This document shows positions 35,501 through 47,496 of a stretch of 64,000 nucleotides of DNA, piece after piece. The notes under the pieces are model-generated. The model was given only the letters and a program-made list of their open reading frames with translations, was not told the DNA's origin and did not search any database. Source of the stretch: Eukaryota sp. GEM-RC1. Taxonomy: Eukaryota. The position numbers were made by a program, and so were the translations under genes. Each line of letters begins with the position of its first letter. Positions within the stretch are counted from its first letter, which is position 1. The stretch covers positions 372,001 to 436,000 of the forward strand of contig JAUFOQ010000003.1 of NCBI GenBank assembly GCA_040285855.1, in the 5' to 3' direction.

Positions 35501-38017
35501 ATGTCTTCACGTGGTCGAGGAAGAGGAGGCCCCCCTAGAGGTCGTGGTGGAGCTGGTGCTGCCGCTCGTGGTAAACCTAAACCCAAAGCTGGACCTTCTA
35601 AATCTCAAATGCTTGCTACTATCCAAGAACGTCAACGTCAACAGGAAGAACAACGTCAACTTGAAGAAGAAGCTAAACGCGAGGAAGAAGAAGCCTTAAG
35701 AATCGAACAAGAAGCTAAACGTAAAGTTGAAGAAGAAAAACTTCGTCGTAAAGAGGCTAAAAAAGCCAAAGTTAAGGAACTTAAAGACAAAGGTCTTTAC
35801 AAATCCAAACAACAACTCGAAAAAGAACGCATGCTTGCAATGAGACGTGAAGCCATGTTGGCATCGATGCAACAAGCTGCAAAAGAACTCAAGGAAAAGA
35901 TTGTTCTCACTCCCGAAGAGCAGGAAGAAAAGGATGAAGCTGAACGCAGAGCTAAGAAAGAACTGGAAAGCACGTCAGAATCTGAGCTAGATGACTGGGA
36001 AGACATGGCCACTTCATCTGAAGAAGAATCTTCTGAGGAAGAAACCGAAGATTTACCACAAGAAGTCCCAACTGAAGAACCTGACAAACTCGTACTCCCC
36101 CACGACTTCCGCCCTCTTACAGACAAGCAGTACAAGAAACTACAGAAAGCCAAGGGAGTTAAGGGAAGAGAGGAACTACTACATTATGAATCGTTGCTTA
36201 CTCTTTATGAAGAAAGACAAGCTCGAATCAAGTCAATGAGATCTCCAGTTGCTTGTATTCTTGGTCACGTTGATTGTGGTAAAACTCTAATCCTTGACAA
36301 GATCAGACAAACCAACGTTCAAGAAGGTGAGGCTGGTGGAATCACCCAACAGATTGGAGCTACCTTCTTCCCAATGGAAAGGGTTGAAGAGAAGTGCTCC
36401 CGATTGCCTTTAATGCAAGAACTTAACACTGATTTACCTGGGCTTTTGGTTATTGATACCCCTGGTCATGAGTCGTTTACTAATCTGAGGTCTAGAGGTT
36501 CTTCTCTCTGTGATATAGCCATTCTAGTTATTGATTTAATGCATGGTTTGGAACCTCAAACTAGGGAAAGTATTGGGTTATTGAAACAACGGAAGACACC
36601 CTTTATTATTGCTCTAAATAAGATTGATAGGCTGTACACGTGGAAAACTAATCCTGATGCTCCTTGTCAAGAGACTTTAGCCGCTCAGAACAACGAAGTC
36701 TTAGCTGAGTTTGAGAAGAGGTGGACTGAGATCAAGCTACAGTTAGCTGAAGAGGGTTTTAATGCTGCTCTTTACTATGAAAACGAAGATGATCGTCGTT
36801 ATCTCAACGTAGTCCCCACTTCAGCTATTACAGGTGAAGGAATCCCTGATTTACTCTATTTAATCGTTCGTTTAACTCAGAAAAGAATGGGTGATAAGAT
36901 GAAGTTGTTGTCTGAGCTTGAGTGTACTGTGCTTGAAGTAAAGTCTGTTGAAGGTCTCGGAGTTACCATTGATGTTATTCTTTCTAATGGAGTTCTTCGC
37001 GTTGGTGATACTATTGTGGTGTGTGGAATGAATGGTCCAATCACGACTTCAATCAGAGCTCTTTTAACACCTCATCCAATGAAGGAGCTACGTGTCAAGA
37101 CTCCATATCTTAAGAACGAGGAAGTTAGAGCTGCAATGGGTTTAAAGATTTACGCAACTGATCTCGAAGGAACTATCGCTGGAAGTCACGTCCTGGTGGC
37201 TCGACCTGAGGACGACATTGAAGACTTGGAAGAGGAAGTAATGAAGGATTTGACTAAGCTCTTGGACTCTGTTAAGACAGTCGACAGAGGTGTCTACGTT
37301 CAAGCTTCCACCCTGGGTTCTCTCGAAGCTCTCATGTGTTTCCTTAGAGATGAGAAGATCCCTGTGGCTGGTGTGGGAATAGGTCCTATTCATAAGAAGG
37401 ATGTGATGAGAGCTGGTATTATGATTGAACGTGGACTACCACAGTATGGTGTTATCCTTGCTTTTGATGTGCGGACTTCTGCTGAAGCTGAGAGGTTTGC
37501 TGACGAAAGTGGTGTGAAGATCATGTCTGCTGATATCATTTATCATTTGACAAACTCCTTCAAGGACTATACTGAAGAAGTTAAGAGAGCAGAGAAGGAA
37601 AAGGCTGCCCACGTGGTCATCTTCCCTTGTAAACTTTCCATTGTCAAGGACTGTGTGTTTAATGCAGGCAATCCACTGATCATTGGATGTAGGATTGAGG
37701 TAGGTACTCTTCGTGTTGGTACTCCCATCTTTATTCCTTCTAGAAACAGTACTGCTTTGGGTAGAGTTATGTCTATGGAGATTAATCATAAGAGTATTAC
37801 TACTGCTACTGTTGGCCAGGAGGTTGCTGTAAGAATTCAATCTTTCCCTGGTCAGCCTAATAGATATGCTGGAAAACACTTTTCAGAGACTGATATGTTG
37901 TTTTCAAGGATTACGCGGTCCTCTATTGATGCTCTCAAGACTAACTTCAGAGAGGAACTTACACCAGAAGTTGTTAAACTTGTGCAGGAATTGAAGAAGG
38001 TGTTGGATATTTATTAG
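35501..38017 (+). CDS. EIF5B: Eukaryotic translation initiation factor 5B
   Basis: RSPVACILGHVDCGKT, EAGGITQQIGATFFP, DTPGHESFTNLRSRGSSLCDIAIL, NKID, QASTLGSLEAL; charged N-terminus. Confidence 0.98.
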   Translation: MSSRGRGRGGPPRGRGGAGAAARGKPKPKAGPSKSQMLATIQERQRQQEEQRQLEEEAKREEEEALRIEQEAKRKVEEEKLRRKEAKKAKVKELKDKGLYKSKQQLEKERMLAMRREAMLASMQQAAKELKEKIVLTPEEQEEKDEAERRAKKELESTSESELDDWEDMATSSEEESSEEETEDLPQEVPTEEPDKLVLPHDFRPLTDKQYKKLQKAKGVKGREELLHYESLLTLYEERQARIKSMRSPVACILGHVDCGKTLILDKIRQTNVQEGEAGGITQQIGATFFPMERVEEKCSRLPLMQELNTDLPGLLVIDTPGHESFTNLRSRGSSLCDIAILVIDLMHGLEPQTRESIGLLKQRKTPFIIALNKIDRLYTWKTNPDAPCQETLAAQNNEVLAEFEKRWTEIKLQLAEEGFNAALYYENEDDRRYLNVVPTSAITGEGIPDLLYLIVRLTQKRMGDKMKLLSELECTVLEVKSVEGLGVTIDVILSNGVLRVGDTIVVCGMNGPITTSIRALLTPHPMKELRVKTPYLKNEEVRAAMGLKIYATDLEGTIAGSHVLVARPEDDIEDLEEEVMKDLTKLLDSVKTVDRGVYVQASTLGSLEALMCFLRDEKIPVAGVGIGPIHKKDVMRAGIMIERGLPQYGVILAFDVRTSAEAERFADESGVKIMSADIIYHLTNSFKDYTEEVKRAEKEKAAHVVIFPCKLSIVKDCVFNAGNPLIIGCRIEVGTLRVGTPIFIPSRNSTALGRVMSMEINHKSITTATVGQEVAVRIQSFPGQPNRYAGKHFSETDMLFSRITRSSIDALKTNFREELTPEVVKLVQELKKVLDIY

Positions 38018-38226
38018 TTTTGTTTTAGTGTTGTATTGACTTTATATACATTAGTTATTGTATGAGTTGTTTCTAAAATGACTTTTAATTTAAATTGATA
38101 TGTTGATTTTATAATTCTTGATGTCGTGTCGATGGTGTTAAAGAATTACATGCTGGTAGGGAAGGTCTAGCAAAAGCGGATTGAAGACTGCAGATAGCAG
38201 CGATGATCTTGTAGTTTCAACTAATA

Positions 38227-39990
38227 TTAATCCGTGGGATGTTCACCAACATGACTCAGTTTGGAGTCAAAGTTAAATGTGGAACTGAAAAAATTGTTCA
38301 CAAAATTCGTCAATTGAAAAAAACTAACAGTTTTCACACTCTTATTTCTCTGGATATTCGTAATGCATTTAATACTGTGAAAAGATCACACATTTATGAT
38401 TTGCTTCAATCAGAATTTCCTGATTTCATAAATTTTTTCAATTTTGGATATGGGAAGAATTCTCCTCTTATATTCAATCATTCTTTAATAAGTTCTTCAT
38501 CTGGGGTTAAACAGGGTGACCCTTGTTCACCTTTCTTTTATTCTTTGGCTACACTTGGTATTCTTAAGGATTTTTCTTCTTCTCCAAACGTTGAAGTATT
38601 ATCATATCTTGATGATACTTACTTGCTTTTAAGAAATGAGGAATCTGCAGAAAGTGTACTTGAGGGTCTTTCTTTTAAATTTCAAAATTTGGGTTTAGTT
38701 TTAAACTTGTCTAAAACTAAGATCCTTGATGTGGATCATGATCTGTTAGTGCTTGGATCTCCAGTGGGTTCAAAACAATTTGAAACTCAGTTTTTGAAAA
38801 CTATGTTTCGACTAAAGTCCATTGTTTCCTGTCAAACATCCAGGATCTGCGTCTACAGTTTCAGTTTTTACTTTTTCGATATTGTATTAATTCTAGACTT
38901 ATGTACTTTTGTAGAACTGTTCCTGCTGACAATTCCTTTCTGGCACTTAGTCAATGGTCAAAAGATTTCACTGATTTTCTTTTCACAAAAGTAGGTCCAT
39001 TACCATTTCCTGAAATCGTATATTTACCTTTCAAATTGGGTGGTCTTGGCCTACATGACTTATCTAAAATTAATCATTTTGCGTATGCAACATCTCTTTT
39101 CATGCTGTGAAAGATTTGAACTTCTCTTCTCTTCTAACCACTAATCAATTGAATTTCCTTTTTTCAACTTTAAATTCCAGTCTTGTTGATAAGGATCATT
39201 TATTTGATATGTCCCCGGTTCAGAGTTTCTTAAGTTATGAACTTTACTTAACTCAATTAAATTCTTTAAAAGAGAAATTATCAAAGACACAACTTCATGT
39301 GTTAGACTCCTTTCAAATGCGTGGGAGTTCTAAATTTATGTCAGTTCTACCTATTGCTAATGATTTTTGGTTTTCTGATGATCAATATTTGACATTGCTT
39401 AAATTACGTTTATTTTTTGAAAATGAAATGGACAAATGTGAGTTGTGCTCTTACAAATTTGTTGGTTGTGACCACAAATTTCAGTGTCGCAAAACGTCAA
39501 AATTAATTAAATTAAGACATGACGATATTAAATCAATTTTATCTAAAAATTTCAATTTGGAGGAGGAAAAATTATTTAAAGTTGGTTTAAATGAATTCTT
39601 TTTAGATCTTGTAATTCCGAAGCAAAATATTGCTTTCGATGTGACTATTGTTGGTGGAAATGGCCATCATCCGATGGATTCTTTCTATTATAGCTACGCC
39701 AAAAAAAATCAAAAAGTACAAGGTGTTAAAAGACCTGAAATTAATTAATGATTTAATTCCACTTGTATTTACCGTACATGGTGGAATTTTCAAAGAAACT
39801 TTTCAAACTTTGAAGAAATTTGGTTATACCCAGATTCTAGATGAAGTTTCTTGTAAAATTGTCAAAGGAAGTGTTCGTTGCAAGAATGCATATTTGAATA
39901 TATGTAATTCTGTTAGTGAAAAAATGTATTATTAGTTGTTTAGGTATTTCCATTAATTTTTCCATGTATTTAATTCTTGTATTATAATAA
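38227..39990 (+). mobile_element. 5'-truncated, frameshifted CRE-like non-LTR retrotransposon (RT + CCHC + restriction-like endonuclease)
   Basis: QFGV, DIRNAFNTV, SSSGVKQGDP, YLDD, LPFKLGGLGL, CxxC..HxxxC..RHD, DL..DVT and KIKKY across ORFs 38239-38994, 38901-39110, 39107-39748 and 39648-39935. Confidence 0.9.
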
Positions 39991-39994
39991 AAAC

Positions 39995-40250
39995 TACATG
40001 ACTAGATGACTGTCCATGAGCTGGTGTAAACTGTGGCTGATTGGTACAGGTAGATTCAAGTAAATCAGCTGGATTCATAACACGAGACATGAGCTCGGAG
40101 AGTTCTCGATCATTCCGAATGACTGAGAAGATGTGTTCAGGTTCTATACACGAACGTTTGTGCTCTCTGGCAACATTACATGACAACTCCATCACTTCAG
40201 CAGTTAAATACTTAAGGACAGCGGCAATAAACACAGGAGCTTCGGTTTCT
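39995..40250 (-). pseudogene. Divergent histone H2A-like fragment
   Basis: APVFIAAVLKYLTAEVMELSCNVAREHKRSCIEPEHIFSVIRNDRELSELM matches the H2A alpha2-alpha3/docking region. An in-frame TGA lies just upstream. Confidence 0.75.
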
Positions 40251-41028
40251 CAAGTAGTCAGACTTGTGAGATTCAGAGGTCATGAGAGCAGTCGAATGAT
40301 TTGAAAATTGACACTCTTCTTGTTTTCGCCATTCAGGTAGATGCATGTTTGAAATATGTAATGGCTACAGTTTGTATGATGATGCGGATAAATTATCTAT
40401 GGACTGACATGTTCTTAACTGAATAGGACTTATATTCGTTTCTTGAAGCACCAACACACTATAATGTCCCTGAGCCTTACCAGTTTTCATCTCTTTAGTG
40501 ATGGGAAACCAGTATAGCAATAAATACATGTGCTTTTGGAGCTTTTGTGAGGAACATTTGTCTTACAATATCTGACAGAATACATGAAACGCACTAAAGG
40601 GGGAACTATTTTCCTTAGTAACACCCTCAGAGTCCTATTGAAGAATAGATGTCTTCTAAGCCACTTGAGACGAAATATTGTTACTAGACAACATAGAAAA
40701 TTCTGAAACTTAACTGACTTATCAGGTATACCGTATAGAAGTGTGGATATTTTGGAAGACAAATATTTAAAAGACGCTGATTACTTAAATTTAGTTATTG
40801 TTTACGGCATTGTCCTGAAAACAATTGATTCTATCTTGTTCATAAAAAAATGGATCTTATAGTCAGAAAATGGCAGTTTTAATCCATTCCAGAGTATCAA
40901 TAATAATGAACAGTATTTATCAACACAATCACTCATCTAATAAATGATTGTAATTAACTTAGCCCTAGAAATCTAGATTTGAAACAATATTACAACAAAA
41001 AGAAACACTTACAAGTGTTAAAAACCAC

Positions 41029-41637
41029 TCAACTGGCTATTGGACTAAGACATCTCGACAATATTCTATACTCAAACTCTTCTTCGTGCTGATCTAGGGT
41101 AGATATTATGTCGTGTAGGCATTCCAGCAGATCAGAATTATTAGCAACAGTATATGACCAATCAGAAGAATCATAAAACTGAAGAACTTTCTCCATCCAA
41201 GAGTAAGAGTCTTCATTGAAGATTCTCCGTTGGGGTTCCAAAGCCAAGCGAGTCTGTATTCTTTCCCACAGAATAGAAGGACTGACTTTGAGGTAAACTG
41301 TAACAATCTTGATGTCGGCATCCCGTTCGAGCTCAGCTACCATTGAGTGAAGAATTGGAGAAAGAAGATCACCGTTGTGTGCATAAAGTTCAGCTGAAAA
41401 AGGACTTCTGTCAGCAATGTAAACAGATGAGTGGTCAGCATTGGCTTTAGTTCTGAGCAGTCTTTGAAACCATTGAGAGACCCATTCGAGTTCCATGGTC
41501 AAAGATTGCGGATGTAGAATAGAGTGTGGAAGATCGAGGAAGGCTTCGTCAAAGATGGGAAAACCCATTGCAGCAAACTGTTTCAGAAGCGAACTTTTAC
41601 CGACACCATGGGGACCTTCAAGGCAGATAACAAGCAT
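41029..41637 (-). CDS. P-loop deoxynucleoside/thymidylate-kinase-like protein
   Basis: ICLEGPHGVGKS Walker A, IADRS motif and LWERIQTR lid. Confidence 0.8.
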   Translation of the reverse strand: MLVICLEGPHGVGKSSLLKQFAAMGFPIFDEAFLDLPHSILHPQSLTMELEWVSQWFQRLLRTKANADHSSVYIADRSPFSAELYAHNGDLLSPILHSMVAELERDADIKIVTVYLKVSPSILWERIQTRLALEPQRRIFNEDSYSWMEKVLQFYDSSDWSYTVANNSDLLECLHDIISTLDQHEEEFEYRILSRCLSPIAS

Positions 41638-41723
41638 CAAAGCGTTAGTAGGACATTGGTTGGTTTCTTTTTGGAAATCTTAAACTGGATTGTCGCCCAA
41701 GTTTACATTTCTGTACCATTCAG

Positions 41724-42137
41724 ATGAATGTTATCTATATAAAATCTGATGATCTGGCGTCTCTCATTCTTCAATATGGCCCTGTCTCTGATAAGTATCT
41801 CATCTGTGATGTCAGAACATATGACTACACTCTAGGTCATCTTCCGAATCACTTCCACTTACCTGCTACGAACTTCGAAGATACCGAGATTCTCGATAGC
41901 CTGGTTAGAAAAGTTCACAACCTAGACTTTATAGTTTTCCACTGCCACCTCTCCCAAGAACGAGGTCCTTACTGCTGCCGTCTTTTCACAACTAGACTAC
42001 GGAAGCTCTTCCCGCGCTCTCAGCTTAAAATTTATGTTCTAGAAGGAGGCTTTAAGGCTTGGAGGAGACAGTTTTCCGAGTGTCCCACCTTGTACTGTTT
42101 CATGAGTCCAGAGGAGGACGAATGTGACAGTTCCTAA
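41724..42137 (+). CDS. Cdc25-like rhodanese phosphatase/arsenate reductase (Ibp1/Acr2 type)
   Basis: ICDVRTYDY, GHLP, FHCHLSQERGP (HCX5R) and YVLEGGFKAW. Confidence 0.9.
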   Translation: MNVIYIKSDDLASLILQYGPVSDKYLICDVRTYDYTLGHLPNHFHLPATNFEDTEILDSLVRKVHNLDFIVFHCHLSQERGPYCCRLFTTRLRKLFPRSQLKIYVLEGGFKAWRRQFSECPTLYCFMSPEEDECDSS

Positions 42138-42419
42138 TGTAATGTCTTTGTGTATAAAGTTGAGAAAGTTAAGTTGTTGGGTGTGGAGTCATCTTCAAGA
42201 CTCTTGTCAAAAAGATCAGTACTAGTTTGTTAGACCAAGCAACACACGTGTGAACAAAGCGTTGATGGTACATTTTCACTATCATATCTATGTTCTTTTG
42301 TTTTATTCAGATTTTGAATATCTTTTGTATTAAATAAGATTGTTCTCCTTTATTGTTGTTTTACATTCTTGTTTCTCCCAATATTATATCAAGTCCATTT
42401 GATTCCTACAAGTCTGCTT

Positions 42420-42720
42420 TGAAGCTGTTCCAAACAGAACGACCAGAACAATCAATATTCTTATAAATACACTTGAAAAACAAGTACTCTCACTGACACT
42501 AATTATGTTCTGCGACCAATTTTGAACAATTGTTGAAGTGGTAAATTGGATCTCAATACTCAGAGCTACTCACCAACATACCAATGATCGTCATCATCTA
42601 GAATGTTTCATAAACTGAGGAAGAAGTTGTCAATTTGAGAATCATTGGCACAGCGAAAAGCATGCATTTTTGAAGTACAAATATCTATCTTAAACACAAA
42701 ATTGTTTGACAAATGTTAGA
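42420..42720 (+). mobile_element. Possible Merlin/IS1595-type DDE transposase relic
   Basis: Manual translation gives EAVPNRTTRTINILI and later H..H..CFIN*G...FENHW...K, resembling the VPDRT / HxxVxHxxxFV / ExxW motifs. Stops and frameshifts are present. Confidence 0.45.
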
Positions 42721-42806
42721 CAATCTAAGAAGATTTTGTGCAACAAACTAGAAGGTTTAGTTTTGTGATTGATCAAAAAATTGCTTTTTGCCCAATATTT
42801 GATGTA

Positions 42807-45468
42807 ATGGACGAACTCTATGAACGGCTTGCAGAGATAGTTCTACCCTTGTGCCCTGCCCCTTTCCCTTCATTAACTGACTTTGATGAGCAATTACTGA
42901 CTCTGTTTTGTTTTTACCACAAAGCTTTTTCGTGACGTCCGGCCGACACTTCCTCCTTCTACCATTGAGACAGTATCATCTTTACTCATCTCTAGTCTGC
43001 AACGGTTAACATCTACTCCAATCACTCCCACTTCTAGGCCCATTGTTTATGAACTTCTGGCTTCTCTAATCTCACTCTTCGCCTTTGATTGTGATTCATC
43101 CTCCCAATCCTCCAAGAAACCAACCACAGCAGCCATCCTCCTCTCACTTCTTTCCCAATCCCTAGATCCTTTATTTCTCCCCCGCCTCTACCTTGCCACA
43201 GGATACTTATTCTTCAAATCTGGGCCTATTCTACTCTCTCATTCTATCTCCTGCCTTAATTACTGCTTCTCTTTAATACCTGCCCAACTCAACTGTCCTA
43301 CTTTTCCTCTTCTCTCCTCCATACTTCGTTGCTATTCACTCACCCTCCCCAACGCCCTCCACCATTCTCAATCTTTCGCTTCCTCTCCTCAACGTAAGGA
43401 GGACTTTGCTCTCCTCTTTCAAGTACTTCTTCTCTCTGATTCTTCCCCTCAGTCTAAAGCAGGGGATTCTGCTTTTAACCATGCCAAGATCAATGCAATT
43501 TCAGCTATTAGTTCCTTTGTTTGTCATTCGTCGAAAAGTAATGATTGGTTGCTTGCTCATCTGCCAACACTTTCCTTTAACAATACGTTTACGTCATCTA
43601 TTATTATTGATTGTATTTTAAATGATGGTGATTTTGGAGTGAGAAAAGCAGCATTAGATTGTTTGGTCAAAATCATTTTTGATTGTTCGCGATTGTTTTT
43701 GTCTGCTGATGGTGCTGAGATCAAACAGAGTTTTATTCCCAGATCAAGTCACGTGTTTCTTGTTTTAAACGGTTTATTGCACGTGTTTCGACAACTTTTT
43801 AACGAAATTTCAAATTATCCTGTTGATTTTGTCGGTTCGTTTGTTGATTGTTTTTCAGTTTTTGTTAACAATACTGACTTTTCCAAACATTTTTCCAAAT
43901 ATGCCCATGATTTCGTTTGCTCTGTAAGGTCTCAACTTGATCAATCCATTGATTCAAAAATTTTCCCTAATTATTTAAATTGTTTAGCCTCAATTTTTGA
44001 AAAATGTCCAGATGTTTGTCGTATTCACTGTCTAACCTCTCAATCTTCCGCCTCTCAATGGAACAATGCTCCCATGTTTGATCTTTTGTTAGCTCAAAAA
44101 TCATGGAGTTCAGGTCATATTGCTTTGCTGACTGCCATCACGTCACATCATCAATCCACAATATTGGGCTATTGGAAAAGTAATCTAATGGAAATAGTTG
44201 ATCATTTTTTCAAGAAATATTCTGGTAAAAAAGAGCCAATGAATTCTCTTTTAAAATTTCTCCAAATTCTTGGTAAGAAGTCCTCAGAAGTCTTACATGA
44301 AGACGTTATCCGATGCACCCTCTTTGAACAAGCACAGTCCTTCTGGATATTCGTTATTAACACAGCGTTACCCGGTCTTGTCAAGTCTCCTGCTCACGTG
44401 AGCATGACGTGTGTTTTTGACCTCATATCATTACTCCCAGTAAAGTATAGCTCTTTCAAAGATGATTTCGATCAAGACGTCATTAAATCAATCAGTGATA
44501 CAACTCTTTCCTATTCCAAACCTCCTCCTTATAATATTCCTAGGAGTCTTTCTGCTTCAGCTATAAAGGCTTTAGGAGTGGTGGTTCAGTTGCCCTTGAA
44601 TTATTCTGATTTATTGAAATTTTTGGAAATAATTGAAAATTTGTCGGGTTGGATGATGTGTGTTTCAGTACCACAATCTGTTTTGATTTCTTGTTCAATA
44701 ACTCTAGGTAATATTGGTTTTGTGTTTTCTGATATCGCTGCATTATTCAAATCTGAATCACATTCAATGTTTTTATTGTCCCAAAGTTTCCACAAAATAT
44801 TTGAATTTTCTTGCGATTTTTTAAATTCTAAATCCACATCGGAGCGTGCTCGACATGGTTTTATCAGGACACTTGCTGGCTTGTCAGTATCTGTCAACAA
44901 TTTTGTCGATGAAGATAATTTTCACGGATTTTTCGAAAAAGTATTGAAAGTTTTAAAACCTGGCCTAATTTATCACTCTACCGCTAAGTTTAAATGGAAC
45001 ATTGGTTTTGGATTGTGTCAAATATTTTCCAGTGAATACGTTCATGACTGTCTACAAAACGGTTCTAATTCCAAAACATTTTCTCTACTTTTATCAGAGT
45101 TTGTTCTGTCAATGTGTAAAGTTGCGGTTACTAACAACAACTACAAGATCCGCTTATCAATGTTAAAGGCGTTATTCACGAATACTTTAATTTTAAATAG
45201 ATTTCAGGATGAAATTCTATCTTCTTTGGTGTTAAATATCGTAATGACTCAAGATGTTTTAAATCGGAGTAATTCAAAAGAAATGAATCTTATCAGTCCG
45301 TTAAAGAACTTAATCATTGATTTGATTAGAGATCATTCACTATTTGATTGTCGTAGCGATTACTGTCGTAAAGTTTTAACCTCCTTAGATTCTGATTTTG
45401 ATTTTGACCAATCGAAAGTGCCAGATGATGTTATAGCCAAGTCAAATTCATTATTAGTATCCTCTTAG
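42807..45468 (+). CDS. HEATR6: HEAT repeat-containing protein 6-like; one frameshift at the T-run 42,926-42,930
   Basis: The frame of ORF 43549 is stop-free back to 42,931. Motifs ILNDGDFGVRKAAL..FLSAD..SFIP, KFKWNIGFGLCQIF and NYKIRL match HEATR6. Confidence 0.7.
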
Positions 45469-45707
45469 ATATGTTGTATAGTCTTACTTGGAAGAGTAAT
45501 AAGTTAAGCAAGAAATGTTGAATTAATAGTGTTGCTGTAGGAGTCTGTCTAATTGGTAGTCCTTCTGTCTGTTTACTTTGAGTACTTTTTGTTTCTTGTA
45601 CTTCAAAGTCATTGTAGTAGTCATTTGGTCATTACTAGTTCCGTTTAGTGAAAACTCGTTGTGATATTTATTATTGTATAAATGAATGAATCAGTTGTTT
45701 CAATAAT

Positions 45708-46168
45708 CATTTTATTTATTTCTTCATTGGTTATTTGTTACTCTTATAATTGCTTTCTGGCGGTTCAGAAATAGCTTTTTTCAAGCCATTTCAATCTTTA
45801 ATGTGAGATCTGTGTTAACTTTATTTGTTCCGTCTTTATTGTATACTTCTTATTGGTATTTCTCTCCCTTATTTGTTCATGAGCTTCAATTTTCCGTGTT
45901 CAGGTATCAGAATTCCATTAGTTTCATTATTTGTATTGTTGTTTGGTCAATGTTTCTTGGTTTGTGTATTTTTGAGTCTGTTCTTCAAACTTATCCATAT
46001 CACGTTCCTTTTTGGCAGTTAGTTTGATTATTTCTCTGGATATCTTTCTTGATCCCTTATTATTCTGTGCATTCTTTGCTTACTGTTCTTGATATGTTTC
46101 CTGTATAATCATGGAATAATGAAAATTGTTGCTATATTTTAGTGTCTGTTTTATTGTTATCAACTGAC
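45708..46168 (+). repeat. Decayed multi-TM gene fragment; inverted paralog of 49993-50456
   Basis: The reverse complement aligns along ~460 bp (roughly 85% by eye). Hydrophobic ORF fragments. Confidence 0.85.
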
Positions 46169-46340
46169 CATATTTTCTCTATAGGTGCCATAGCTTTTCT
46201 TTTGTACATTTTACATTGGAAAAGAGGCGTTCAACTTCCACACTAGTGGCTGGTATAAAGTCTAAGTTCACGTAATTGCTTCTTGCTTCTGTTATTCATG
46301 TTTGTTAGTCATGTTTGTGGTCAATTGACAACAACTCCCA

Positions 46341-47345
46341 AAAAATGGGGTTTATGACCAATCAGTGAAATAAATGCATTTGCAGAACCTAATAACTAAC
46401 AAACACTAACTAAAGCATCTAAACTATGATCCTTCTGTCCAATACCGAACAACGTACCTAAAATTCAATTAAAATATCTGTGCATTGAACGAAACAACGC
46501 AAACTTTAACCTACTCAACCAAAAATTTTCATTGAAAACTTTACCATACTCAGAACACAATTTACCAAAGGAAGTTTAAAAACCTTGTGCAGCTGGTCCA
46601 ATATTACCGTATATCGACATCGCAAAAGGTTGACACACAAAAGAATTGTACCTGTCAACATTCAATTGGTTAATTAAGTGACAGTACTTTGTATTTTTTC
46701 CTTTTTCAGCCACTTCAAGAGCAGAAAAATCATCATGAAAAATTTTGGAAATTGATCTTGAATTACAAGGATCAACAATCGTGAAATCCATAATAATTTC
46801 CTGACAAGATAACCAAGGACCAATCAAATCACCACGACTTCTATCAACTTTTGGCTGATCAGAAAGATTAGCAAGTAAAGGTTCAATTTTTCCATGAAAA
46901 CCATTAGCCTTAAACATATCCAAACATGTATCCCGTATACTGTTGTGAATAATTGATCTAAAATGAATAAATTGATGACAGTTAACTAAATGAAGAAAAT
47001 TTGAAGCCTTTGAACGACCACAAAGACATGGAGAATGCTTCAAAAGATCCGAAGGCAATAAACCTAACCTAAGTCTCATGATCCTTAAGATTAAAACAAA
47101 ATTTTCTTGGCAAACGAGAAACAAATGAAGACGCAGAGTTTGAAGAAATATCATTCAAAAAAAGCACAAAAAGCGGGACTCTTAGTCTTAGCCAAGCTAA
47201 TACGGTTTTTAAAGTCCAAGCTTCAGCCCAAATACTTGCAATTAATTGATGCTGAAGAACAGCTGCCAAACAATTTTTCAATTGACGGATTGACAATTAT
47301 TGTTTTTGCCAAACTCTTGCAAAACTGAAGTTTTGAAGATGCTTA
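46341..47345 (-). mobile_element. 5'-truncated RLE non-LTR retrotransposon remnant (donor family of insert A)
   Basis: LRLRLG, CLCG..HLVNC..IHNSIRD, RGDL, MDFTIVDP, AEKGKNTKY, QPFAMSIYG. Possible target duplication AACAACTCCCAAAA / AACAACTACAAAAA. Confidence 0.88.
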
Positions 47346-47496
47346 TTAACTAGGAACAACTACAAAAACATACACACAAATATTTGAATCTATTTATTCA
47401 TCACACAATGTAAACAAATACAGAAACGATCTTGGACATGTTTCCCCCAAAAAAAATAACAGAAAAATCAAAACTCACCAAATCAGCTATGAAACA

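Noticed and set aside
34433..37879. Short ORFs overlapping RBBP4 and eIF5B
   Set aside because: Shadow ORFs of well-conserved genes.
34167..38017. Non-standard genetic code (TAA/TAG = Gln, or TGA readthrough)
   Set aside because: Conserved genes have no in-frame stops and end in TAA, TAG or TGA. In-frame stops occur only in decayed elements.
40487..40762. 91 aa ORF
   Set aside because: No recognisable motif, non-ATG start, and it lies in apparently decayed DNA.
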